A stretch of 64,000 bases of DNA from Antedon mediterranea (lineage: Eukaryota; Animalia; Echinodermata), in the NCBI RefSeq assembly GCF_964355755.1, contig NC_092673.1, positions 28,579,648 to 28,643,647 of the forward strand, given 5' to 3'. The notes under the pieces are model-generated. The model had not been told where the DNA came from. It was given only the letters and a program-made list of their open reading frames with translations, and made no database searches. Position numbers and translations under genes: made by a program. This document shows, piece after piece, positions 1-12,800 of this stretch; the first letter of the stretch is position 1; the number at the start of each line of letters is the position of its first letter.

Positions 1-56
1 GCAAAAATCATAACAATTGACTACTTAACTCTTTATTTCTTTACAAAAATAAATAG

Positions 57-3000
57 AAAAGTGGGAATGGCTAAAGAGTTTACATCTGGACCACTGCCAT
101 TCTATCCAACTGGACAAGTTTTGCCAGTGGTTGACCAATGACCTTCCAGTCATTCACGATATCAGAATTGAGCACATGTTTAGAGCACCACCGAAAGGTT
201 GCTCTCGGGTTGGATTGAGCGCTGGAACAGGGCTAGGTGTGTCATCTGCACTTGTGGCCCCAATTGGCCAAACGGATGCAGCACCAAATAGCGCAGATAA
301 CCAGGAAGGTAAGTACAATTTATAAATACTTAAGCCCTCCTCTGTACTTGTTGTTGTTTTTATGATTGCAATAAAGAATAAATTATAAGGATAAAACTAA
401 TTAATATATTTAATTTTTACACCGCAGTAAGCGTCAATGCTAATCAAACTGTAGAAGTAGATGAGAAGATAAATTGGGACTTGCAGCCAGAAACCTCAAC
501 TAACTCACTGAATGAGAAAGGCTGTCAATCAACCAGTGTTCAACCGCCATTACACCAGCTTGATACCGGCCCACGGTACGGCAAACTTCCTAAAGACGAT
601 AGTAGTGAACAATCAGAGGCCAGAGGGTCTAGACACTATGAATCTCGCAAGGAGGATGAAAATAAAGAAATATCAAAACCAGAAGCAAAAGATGTGAAAA
701 AAAGCATCAAAAGGAAATCAGGTGGCTCTTCCTCTCCATCAACTCCTCCTGCATTTTTATCAAAACCACCATTTTGCTCGCCATCTTTACCCCAAGCGGT
801 AAAACCGTTACCTACATCATCAACATCTTTACCCTCATCAGAACCTTTGTCATCACCATCACAATCCGTACCACCATCAACATCATCACAATCAGCATTA
901 GCATCCTCACAATCAGCATCATCATACTCCATCTCATCAACATCATCATCGTACCGCAACTCCTCTTCAACAGATACACTTTCTTCACTTTTAGCAAACC
1001 CAGAACCGTCATCATCCGTTGGCCAATCATCTTGTGCCAATAAAAATGACGAGTCTATCAAAGATTCACCATCAAAGAAAAAACGAAGGCATAGCCAAAC
1101 AGATGAAACTAACTCCGCAAAAACTCCAGCAACTGGCAGTGATCTCCATCAGCGATCGTCGTCGGAACATAACACGGCGATGCAGAATCGTTGTCCAACT
1201 CTTGAGGAAAACTTTGGTCTTACAAGCAAAGCGTACGTGCAAGAATGTACCTATCATGACCATTCGGGTCAGATGATGATTCGTGCAGTGCGTACTCAAA
1301 GTGGCCAGAGCAGTGTTATCATACCAAGTAGTGACCTTGTGGGTGACCCCGATGTACAACCAGGGAGCAGTGCATTACATGCTGACCAACTGAAGAGTGG
1401 AGAACGTACGACGACTGTAGAATCCACTCTGAAACCTGACAATTCTATTGAGAAAGATCTGGATAAAACCTGTTCAGAATCCTGTGGTAAACGTAAATTA
1501 CCAAACGAACAATGTGATTTGAAAAATTTTTCTGCCGATAACAAAAATACCAAAAAAAGGTCTTTCTCGTCTGAGTCAGCTGTCACCACTTGTGATGCCA
1601 TCTTTAGTAATGCATCCGAACACACTGACAATGTTCTTGAAGAAAACATTGATACCAGTATGGATAGCACACAAGAAGACTCATTACCAACTACATCTAC
1701 TGAATCCAAAAGACAACATCTTCTTGATACAAAACAGTCCAATCAGAACAAACCTTTTTCAACATGTGATGTAAAAAATTCACTGACTTCAAAAAGTACA
1801 AATGCTAGCCCTACGAAAAAGTCTCAAAGTGACAAAAAAGTCTCAACTAAGAACCAGTCCACCAGTACTAGTGATCCTGTACCAGAGGATGATCCAGTAC
1901 AAGTGATGGTTATAACGTCCAAAACTTTAGAAGGTTTAACTCTTGACTCATGTGGTATATCACATCTGCATTTGACAGATTGCCCCCAACTTCAAACATT
2001 ATCAGGTAAATAGCAGTCAATATTGTTTTTGTATGGATTACTGTACCATATTTATATAGTATATACAGTTATACAGTATTTTTTACAATGGTATTCTGAA
2101 GACACATAGCTACATGATTTTACTACATTTCGTCATTTTGTTCAAATCTAACCCTAGCCATCGGTGCAAGTTCGGTGCTCTAGGAACTACTGATCTTGAC
2201 ACAACCTCCCCCCATCCCCCAATCCCCATAGATTGAGTATATAATACAATTTACGTCAGAGTAGAATGAAACATCTGACCAATGACATGATAGAAGCACT
2301 GAAGCGTAACGGTGCATTTTTACACATTATCATGGGTTATAGATCACCCGAAATGAGTACATTTACTGATAGTTTTACTGGTAGTATGTCAAATAATTAC
2401 AGTATTTATTACTTTTAAATACGGTAACGATTTGGAATAAATTTGTTTCAATTTAGTATATTTGAAAGTTTAATTATTTACAAAAGAATTGTAAAGTGCA
2501 TTTTAAAACATTTATATTGCATTTATTGGGCAATTATTATTAGCTTCAATTTCAGTGAATAAAGGTTATAACATGTAATGCTAATTTGCATAGTTTTCAG
2601 GGTTACTGTCTCTTGTGATAATGGAGTTTGTTTATAAACAATAAATTGAGTATAATTGTTACAGTATGGTAATAATAGTAAAATAAAACTAAAAATGTTC
2701 GATTCGGAATCCTCAACAGAAAAACTGTACTTCTTTATTTAAATGGTAAATTGTAAAATTCGGCTAAACACAAAATATGTTGAGTTATTAATCATGCAAA
2801 TAGTTATAAACGTTATATAATTTATTTATTTATTTATTTCAATAATATTTAGTGGTCCAATAAAGAAATATTATTAACACCATACTCAACATTAATGTCC
2901 CAATTGAGTGCCAATTTACATTAAATTGTGGCAATAATTTTATTTGAAATCTTTTTTGCAGGTTATGATCTACAGATGTTACGAGAGGTAAAAATGAAGA

Positions 3001-6000
3001 ACTGCCCGAATCTCATTCGTATAGACTTTTCACACGTACCATGTCTGTCAAATGCTGCTCTACTAGAACCTATATTATGGCTACCACCTACTTGCAGTAG
3101 ATTTGTCAATTTGCGTCCATTACATATGGTAATTACGTCAAGTTTACTTTATTTTATAATATTAATGATGTATCACATAGCCTATGAACAATTTTTGGCC
3201 CTCAAGAAAAATATAATTCTCTCTGGGGGGATCTCAAATGTTATAATACACCCCTAAGCAGTCAATATCTGTATAATATTACATAGCCTATGTAAATACG
3301 CTAACGTGATTGGTTGAAACTGCATCACATGACTACCGCTGCGAGGATCGTAAATCGTATATATCCTCGAGAACGATGATATTGACTGTGTAATTTTCGC
3401 GTAATTATCGTGTCCCCTGTCATTAAACATATAGATTCTCGAGTACGATGATATTGACTGTGTAATTTTCGTGTGCCAACACTCGCGTTGTCGATAAATA
3501 AACAAAAGTCATCAACTCGATCTTGAACTTGGGTGGAATTGTCACTCCATCGCAAGACAACGCTTCAACCGCTGCGCCACGAAAGTTGCTTGAAGAAATT
3601 AATCATCTAAACTATTTAAACTATGCATACATAGCGCCCTCATTTGTTATAAGTTCACCCTAAATGTGATGAAACACCGTTTGTGATTGGTCAATACTCA
3701 CGGTAGTAACCTAGTAACTAGTACGCGCTGAACATCCGGTGATTCGGCTCCTCGAAGATCGAGAAGAAGACGAATTGTTTATTCGGCCTACCTGATTATA
3801 ATATTATTATTTTTAATAGGCTTATTGATGGAAATTCTTCTGTTAATTTAAACGACCTAGGCCTAAGTGAATATTTTATTGCCAAGGAATCATTAATTAG
3901 TAATTATCTGTATATTATTCTTCGCAAGGTAAGGTGTCTAGGCAGGCTTGTTTAAATACAATACAAATACTATAGGAGGCCTAGCCTAGCTTCACCCAAC
4001 CCAGCAGACTTGTTCTTGGCTATATAATATAACAGATATTGCCTTTTATATCGGTTAAATATAAGATTTGACATCCCCGAGGGAATGATATTAAGTTCGA
4101 GGGAATATATATTTCCCGAAGCGCCAGCTGAGGGAAATATATATTCCCCGAGAGCTTAATATCATTCCCGAGGGGATGTCAAATCTTATATTTAACCTCT
4201 AAGCAGTCAATATCTGTATAATATCTAATACAGTTGAACCATTCCATTGGGAACCCTATTTTAGGTGACATTTCTTTTCAGAAGTCACTTTCCTGTGAAT
4301 TATCAAAGTTTTTAACATTACGGCCCAACCCGTATTCAGTAGGGATTCTGCTGTATTAGCGATGCTATTTGTTTAAAATTTGAAAAAAATTAATATAAAA
4401 AATGCTCATAATATTGTATAGAAAATATATCATAATAATTTTTGCCCATTTTAGAAGAGCAAGTCTGCCTTGGAGTCATGGTTGTTTGCGATTGATCACC
4501 ATAGTTACCAACTTATGTACGCTATTGAATCGAAGTCATCAGAACCGTCGATAGAGGGAAGTGTTTATATGGCTAATTGGATGGACATCGCTGTGTGGCT
4601 AAATAAGTAAGAGACATTTTCATTAAAGATGTATTGTTCCCGTAAACAAATATTATTTTTTTGTTGAATATGACATTTTAATGTCACATAATATTTATTC
4701 AATTTGACCAAAAGTTTGACCATTTACTTGAAAAAAATTGTAATTTAAACTAAAGCCAATGAGTTGTTGGTTAATTTTAACCATTTATTTTGACATTTTA
4801 TAACTGAAAACATTATTTTTCGGAAGTTTTTTTCTCTACAGAAGTGCTTAACTTAACTTAAAACTACAAAATGGCCTATTCAAAGTCTGATTTAAATAAT
4901 TAATCTTCAATTTTCATGTTTTTAGAGGATAATACATCTTTAAGACTAACTTAATCTATTTCTAATTATTAATCTATCTCACTATTTGTGGATGTTGTGA
5001 CAACTATAATGAAACCAGCAATAATGAAGGCTCACGGCAATATAACTTTAATCAAGATGATACTTGTAATTGCACTCAACTGATTCAGTCAAGTGCAATA
5101 TCTGATAGAAGAATCATCACTTGAAATAGGTTTTTTTAATCAGGTTTTCTCTTAATATGACTATTTGAAATTAGTTTACCTTAGTATATTGCATTTAGAT
5201 GGTTTTGACTAATAATAATTTATTGGCAGCTTTGTTTATTTTTCTTTTGGATCCCCGCTTATTTACTCAAATTATTAATACTTTATTATGAATTTACAAG
5301 AGAAATAAATGTTGATCTATTATGATTTATAAATCCAAAGGCAAATTACTGAAAAATGACAATGCTGTGGGTATCATTGACTGGATCTCATTGGAGATAT
5401 AAACAAAATAAGCGCTGACAATGCTGTGGGTATCAGTGACTGGATCTCATTGGAGATATAAACAAAATAAGCGCTGACAATGCTGTGGGTATCAGTGACT
5501 GGATCTCATTGGAGATACAAATAAAATAAGCGCTGACAATGCTGTGGGTATCAGTGACTGGATCTCATTGGAGATACAAATAAAATAAGCGCTGACAATG
5601 CTGTGGGTATCAGTGACTGGATCGCATTGGAGATACAAATAAAATAAGTGCTGACAATGCTGTGGGTATCAGTGACTGGATCTCATTGGAGATACAAATA
5701 AAATAAGCGCTGACAATGCTGTGGGTATCAGTGACTGGATCTCATTGAAGATACAAATAAAATAAGCAAAAAGCTAATAATAAATAAATAAGCAGAGCTT
5801 TCGTTCAACACATTATGATTGATACCTATTATAGCTTATAGAGCAGAAAATGTAGACAAGAATTTGTTGAATCATTTTGCATTTATCTGTAATTTATCCT
5901 GACAAATTCATGATTATTTGAAATTTTAAAGTAATATATAAATCTGTTTGTTTTCTTAATGTTATATATATTTATGTAAATCGAATTTTATACTTTATGG

Positions 6001-7333
6001 CGATCCTGTATTGGTATATTGACACACTGTTGGATTTTGAATAAATAAATAAAATGGTGTTTTTTTTTCTATAGCTATTATGTAAGTACTTTGACTTATT
6101 GCCATGACGATGATGAGTCTAATGACAAGAAAAAGGTGAGAAGAAGGTCACAACCAAGAAATATATTTATCACAAAATGTAAGTAATTCTGTATTGTGGT
6201 ACTGTTGACTGGTACTTGCCCTCAAATCTGACAGTCTTTGGTTCAATTCTCATTTAGTATCAAGTTTCTTGTTGTGTCACTGCAAGTGGTGCTCTTAATC
6301 TATCAGTGTGAAATACTGGCACCAGTTTCCACTAATATTAATAACTAATAATAATAATAATGAAAAAAAATCATACATCGTTCTTAATAACTAATTAATA
6401 ATGATAATGCTTCGTTGTTATATATAGCTTAATTATCATTTTTATCCTGACCAACACATATAGCACTTATGTAATCAGTACAGGGGTGTTTGACCTTGCC
6501 AAGTACCAATTTGTACACATGGATGTTAGAGAGGCAAAGAGAGAGAGGTGGACTAAAAGTCCAGTGCCAAACAAATTGCACCACGCACCATTGCATAAAT
6601 AATTCCACTCACACATGTTAACTTTATTAAGAAACAAATTGTAAACTGTATCTTTATTTAACACTTGTAAATAATAATAATAACATCTTATTTTAGGTTC
6701 TGCTGGCAATGTCAAATTCAAACTAAGCACTGATGTACCCTGGATGCAGACTCTATCAAGTGACAATGGCTGTCAGATACAATTTGGAAAACCATTCCCA
6801 GCAGGTAAGCTAATAATTGTTATACAACTGTGGCCGTATTTACCATTCACACTTGGGCTGCTGCTATCTAAGTGAAATACCTAATATTGAATGGAAATAT
6901 CTCACTTAAGTATGTGTGATTAGTGAATACGGCCATTGGTTCCTCTTAGCATGCATGGAGGTAGTACTGTAATAGCATAACACACAATATCTGGACTAGT
7001 AACTAGGTAACCATCATACTACATGGAAAAAGTCAGAAAGAACAAAACAGCCTTTGGTTGATTTCATTCTCGGCTATTTACACAAAAATTGATAAAATAC
7101 TCTACATAACTTATTTGCATACTTAAAATTCATTGTGGTGCAATTACTTACATTTGTTGCCTTTGTCTTTTTCAGTATACCCTTCAGAACGGTCGGACAT
7201 TGTTGCAACTTTTGCCAAACGTTGTATTGAACCTTTGACCCATGACATGGCTGAAATGAGGTCAATCAAAGCTGACATCAAGAAATGTGTTATGTGTATT
7301 TACATCCAAGTATCAGATATACAAAAGAACTAG
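57..7333 (+). CDS. FBXO38: F-box only protein 38, 3' portion (5' exons lie outside the window). Exons 57-308, 428-2005, 2962-3128, 4455-4606, 6075-6178, 6697-6804, 7176-7333
   Basis: [29 protein letters not shown] closely resembles the FBXO38 motif as I recall it ([29 protein letters not shown]). It is followed by a long Ser-rich exon, then C-terminal motifs LTLDSCGISHLHLTDCP, NLRPLH, WMD and TDVPWMQTL. All exons have AG/GT boundaries with consistent phases; stop TAG at 7331-7333. Confidence 0.93.
3220..4224. mobile_element. Non-autonomous Crypton-like/palindromic DNA element in an FBXO38 intron
   Basis: 26-bp direct repeat CTAAGCAGTCAATATCTGTATAATAT at 3254-3279 and 4199-4224, extending imperfectly to ~58 bp. 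A ~200-bp palindrome at 4028-4224 has perfect 26-bp arms (4053-4078/4172-4197) around CCCGAAGCGCCAGCTGAGGG. No ORF. The family label is inference. Confidence 0.55.
5357..5767. repeat. 59-bp tandem minisatellite, ~7 copies
   Basis: Unit TGACAATGCTGTGGGTATCAGTGACTGGATCTCATTGGAGATACAAATAAAATAAGCGC repeats at period 59. A related inverted copy lies at ~28180-28280. Confidence 0.95.
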
Positions 7334-8126
7334 TTTCATAACTTACATTAGTATGATGACCTTTAACCTATGACATACTAGAAAGAGATCATGGATATAT
7401 TTACTGCACATATGGTGCTAAAAATATGGAAGAAAAGAAACAAGTTTTTACAGATAATTTCTTTATATTTATAATTTCTTTATAACACATATATGTTTCA
7501 GGAAACACAATTAATTATGTAGGTCAGTTCAGATCAGCCTTTAAGCTGATCTGGCTTGTTACACCCTTGTTGTTTGGCCATAGCGGTGCTAAAAAGGTCC
7601 CTGCTACCATGTGTTTCTTTTGGGTCAGAGAGAGATCAGCTGAACACCTTCTAACAATAAAAACAAATAGGCAAATTCTAATTAAATTGTACAATTTTTT
7701 TGTATAGAGATCATATAGAGAGAGGGAGGGGTGGTCATTTTATGAAAGCAAATGATTAATTTAAGGTTATATCAAAGAAAGAAGTTTGCTGTTAAAAGAA
7801 TATAACTAACAGTAGCGTCTTTATTTATAATTTTTATAATTATTTTTAGCTCTATATAATTATACTGTTAAATGATTGAAACAGTTCTTAATATTATATA
7901 GCTTTTGTTATTATTATTAATACATCTGCTGTATATACAATTTTACTATAAAAACAAATTATACAAACTTAAATTGTGTCCTCTTTCATCTTCCTCAACC
8001 ATGTAACCAATCAGGTCACAAAGAGGTCATCATAGGACTGGTCAACTGCTTACATTTTTACCAATCCATAGTATGTACAGTGTTTATTATTTAATTTAAA
8101 GGAAAAATATATGGATTCTGTGCTGC

Positions 8127-8619
8127 CCATTTTTCGACAATGTCCCTGTACTATACTGCCCTGTCATGAAAGAACGACATTTATGTCAAAACTGGTTACT
8201 ATAGCACAATTGACATGCGCAGAAACCATTATTCGCCTCTGCGCATGTTTATTATGCAATAGTAACCCTTTATGTAAAAAAAATAAAAGGGTCTAAAATC
8301 GGCCATTTTTCGAAAATTTCCCTGTAGGCCTACTATAGTACAGGAATTTTTTTTTTAAATGGCCAATTTTCGACCTTTTTATTTTTCGATAAAACTGGTT
8401 ACTATAGCACAATTAACATGCGCAGAACCCATTAGTCGACTCTGCGCATGTTTATTATGCTATAGTAACCATTTATGTCAAAACTGGTTACTATAGCACA
8501 ATTGACATGCGCAGAACCTATAATTCGTCTCTGTGCATGTTTATTATGCAATAGTAACCATTTATGTCAACAAATAAAAGGGTCGAAAATCGGCCATTTT
8601 TCGAAAATTTCCCTGCGCA
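8127..8619. repeat. Left part of a nested-hairpin repeat array (~285-bp units separated by a CCCTGTACTATAGTACAGG-type palindrome)
   Basis: Repeated GGTTACTATAGCACAATT[A/G]ACATGCGCAGA...TCTGCGCATGTTTATTATGC[T/A]ATAGTAACC hairpins inside AAATGGCCAATTTTCGACC/GGTCGAAAATCGGCCATTT inverted arms. The array resumes at 23709. Confidence 0.85.
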
Positions 8620-9836
8620 AAGGGTACAACTCAATCTTCTCACTCGAAACGGTAAAGAACGCAAAAATAAATGGACAAGAAATGGACAGAGCCATGTGGG
8701 GTCATTAAAACTGAATTGGACTGGGTCATTAGATAATGAGGAAACTAGACAATTGGCCAATGGGACCCAAGAATCTAGGAGGTTGTTTTGAATACCGGCA
8801 TACTAAAAACTGTCAATTTTAGGGGTTTATCACATGATCGATGTATTAAATGAATAAAAATATTAAATAATAGAATAATAAGACTTAAATTTTTTGTTAA
8901 AAGTTGAGAAAGTCGACATTTTTTTCATCCAATTTTCGAAAAATCCTTGTACTACAGTACATGAATTTTGTTTTTTAAAACACGGTAAATTCGACTACAA
9001 TATGTATGTTGTATTAATCGTTAGTTCTTTTAATATGACGAGACGTTTTTTGTTGTGTTTTTAGGGTGTGAACAATTGTCAATCAAAATTGTATATATAT
9101 GTTAAATACTATGTAACTATTTAAAAAACCCACCCTGACTTCTGATTGGCCAACCATATTCCAAGTAGTTTGATAAGTCAGCCTTTTTAAAAAATGTAGA
9201 CAAAATTACCGTTAACTTTGTCTGGGGCTTTTTTTCTAGGCCACATGGTATCATAGGATATGTGTAACTGTAAGAGGAGTAACTGAAGGTTACTGGATAA
9301 TAACCTCTATAGTATGAGTTATTATCAAAATATATTATTAGAATTGGTGGAATGAATTATTTGATTCACATCAAAATGAATTGTAGTGGAATTGCTCTTG
9401 AAATAAATATAAAATAGTTGAGAATTTACACTACAAGAATATAGAATTCACCATTTAATGTACACTCAACTGCAAAAGTTTCCCCTCTGCTTTTTTTGTA
9501 AGGGCTTGGGACCTTCAAATACAAAGTGCAATGAATGATATAATGTAAATTATAATGTAATAATTAAAACTGAATGTAATTTATAAAAATTACAAAATAA
9601 TTTACAACATTAATCATTGCTCTTTGGATTTGGCAGCATTAAAAACTTTTTTTTTTTATTATTATTATTAACTTTACTGCACATTCAGAATACCATTAGA
9701 TATGGTGGCCCAATGGCCAAATTGCATAAAATACAAATATTTTGTAAAAAGTGAATATAAAATCACAGAACAAATAAAAATTGAAGATATACGAAACAGT
9801 ATAAAAACTATCCATGGCTACAACAATCATTTGGAA

Positions 9837-12800
9837 TCATTCTTTTTGCTGCTTTTTTTTCCTCTCTTGACGAAGGCGACGGATGGCAACCATAGCCGAT
9901 TTCCATTCTTTAAAAGTCACATCAGATGTTGCAGCACAATACCAATTTCCATAGTACTGAGTGTGGTTCTTATTTAATCTTGGTTGCTTACACTTTGAGC
10001 ACACAATCGCAGACGTTCTTGGTTTGTATATTTTGATCGGTTTCCCTTCCGATATGTCTTTAGCCACTCGTTTTCTGTACAAGAGGGTAGTTCTAGGAAT
10101 ACGAGTACTGCTAGCCTCAGGGACTGACGGTGGTGGTTTTGCTATCTCGCCAGGAACTGGGATCGACGGTCTGTTTCCTAGAGTCGCTAGGCCGGAAGTG
10201 TTTTTTGGTAGGACAAATGTGAAAGATGGAGCGCTTGTATGAACGTTTAGCACCGCTGGCTTGGTTAAAGGTTCAAGTAGGGTTTTATCAGAGACAAGTT
10301 TGGGTATTGTTGCCGAGATGCCAGATTCCAACACTTGCCGCTCTTGCTTCTTTGACGTTCTGTTGTACCTGTTGAAAATAAATCAAACACAGTATTTAAA
10401 AACTTTAATGTATTTACTGTAGCGTAAAATAACAATCAATAACAAGTAAAAACTCACCACTGGATGAGTGTCGTACGATTTATCTCCATCAACTGAAGCT
10501 TAGCAAACAACATCAGGTGTCCATTCGATAGCACTTTCCGACGAATGTTCTTGTAGCCTTTGGTAATGAGCGGCCAGCGCTGGAAACGTTTACCTTCGAT
10601 AGATACGGTAGATGGATACGCTTCACATAGTTTTGTAATAATGCACTCCATATATCGATTGCAGTCCGGCCACTGAGCTGGCCCGGTGTTCTGACCTAAG
10701 AAGCATCTTTTAAAAAAAAAACAAAGAAACAAGTTAGATTTAAGACACATCATGCAACAAAGTAAAAAACGCTGGAAACTGCCTTACCGTCGAGTGCTTT
10801 CGACACCAGGTATTACGGAAGTAGTTTTACTTTTCTTGAACCTGCCTTTCGTCAGGTAATCTTGATGCCGTGCTTTGCGCTTAATGGTTTTGTCATAAGC
10901 ATCCAGGTTGTTCCACAACTTTGCGACATGTTCAGCATGACTTTGACTTATCACTCCACTGTCTTCCTTAAACTGCATAAGGTAGTCTGCCAGGGCTTCA
11001 ACTTTGGCGTAGCCTGGAATGTTGTCCGGTCCAGTGGAATCCTCAAGTTCCTAAATTGTAAAATATGAAAACAAAATATATAATCAGACTCGTGCATTGT
11101 ATTTCAAAACAGAAACAAAATTTGTGAGGTAGAAGCTAATGATACAAATTTAACTCACTGTGTCAAAAAGGGCTGCTTTTCCTTCACCATCATCATCATC
11201 ATTATCGTCACATGAAGGCAAGGGCTCCAGCTGGGGTGGTGAGGGTTCTTTAGCATTTCGAGGTTTAAAACAACGCTTAGGTGGTTTGTAGTCTGGTTGA
11301 GTCTTGTCATCATACCCTTCATCAACATCAAAAGTGTAAATTTCTTCATCAAAGTCTTCATCATAAATGGTATCTGTTTTGACAGGAAATTGAGTTTCGA
11401 GCACTTTGTTCGACTGGTTGTACAGGTACTCCACTCCGATGAGTTCTCCAGTGTACTTGTTTGGAATGATAAAACTTTTGTACACTTTTTTGCCAATCAC
11501 TTGCTCTGCCAGTATGTTGAGAGCATGCTGATGCAGTCCACTATATGTACTGGAGATGGTTCCTCCAGACTGGGTAGCGGCTAGTGCACGGTTTGCATTC
11601 CATCGAACAAGTCCATCCATCAGGTAAGCTTGGAAATGTAAGTCGCTAGCACGCTCACCTGAGAAAAAAATAAAACATCCATAATAATGAAATAATACAA
11701 AAATTTGTAGATCGGTTTGAAGATTTGGTAGATACCAAATAAAAAGTAATACTGTACCTGGAATAAACCTGTTAAGGTGAAGATGAAACGATTCCAAAGA
11801 AGTGGAGCCTCTTGCGCAACGATATACTGGCAAGGTAACTCCACCCTTAAGCATCTCACTGGTTTTTGTGTAGAGCGGGATGCCTTCTGGATCCTGGATG
11901 CAGGCGATGTGTCGCTCTTGTGAGCTCCAGATATCCCAGGTCTGTTCAGAGTCTAAGAGTGGGACGCCCATTGTGTCACGGCCTTCTTCACCATCGAGGG
12001 AAGTCAGCAGCTCTCGGATTAGGTTGGCAGTCTCGCGAGTCCCTCGTGTTGTCCTGCGACAATGTAAAGCATACTCCTTCTTGCTGATGTTTTTCAATAT
12101 GATGTCGTCTGTTGGGTTGGAATGCTTCTTGCTTGCAATGAGCTGTTCACGCTTGGCGAGCTTCAGACGTTCAACATCGTCAGCGCTCCACTCAAAAATG
12201 CAAGCGGAAAGACGTTTGAGAAATATCGGATACAACTGATGTGATTCTGTTGAACAAGCTGCAGCAATTCTCCTCATGAAGTGCCAGATGTCCAGACGAA
12301 TTTTCATGTCAGGCCAGGCGCTGAACATCTTCCTTATGCTTGAATGACCGCAGCAGTCACGGTCGACGTAGAGAATCTCGGGAGGAGGTACGCCTGCCAA
12401 AGCATATCGGTTAATGATGCCGTTTGTCATGTTGTTTAAGCCACATCCTTCTGCAGCAGTCAGGACTGTAATGAGCACCTGGCCGTACTCATTTCCGACG
12501 TTTGTTGCCCACGCTCCTGTTCCACATGCACGACCGGCTAGCTTCCTTACAATCTGCAAAAAAACCCAAACAAATTTATTCGGAAGAAAGCTTCCCCACA
12601 ATCTGCAAAAAAAAAAAAATTCAAATAATTAAAAGTAAATTGCAGAAATAGTATTGTTTATAAATTATTTACCCTTTTGGTCGAGTCAATCTTCAACACT
12701 CTTCCGAACGTCGATGTGATAGAAGCCTTGAGTTCGTCGATTCTTCCCATTACTTCGTTGCAGTAGATGGTAAGGAACCATTGGACAGAGGGAACAGGAA

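Noticed and set aside
636-1742. Antisense and alternate-frame ORFs (141, 148, 89 aa etc.)
   Set aside because: Shadows of the low-complexity Ser-rich FBXO38 exon.
5357-5767. CRISPR-like array
   Set aside because: Units are contiguous near-identical 59-mers with no unique spacers, there are no cas genes, and the context is a eukaryotic intron.
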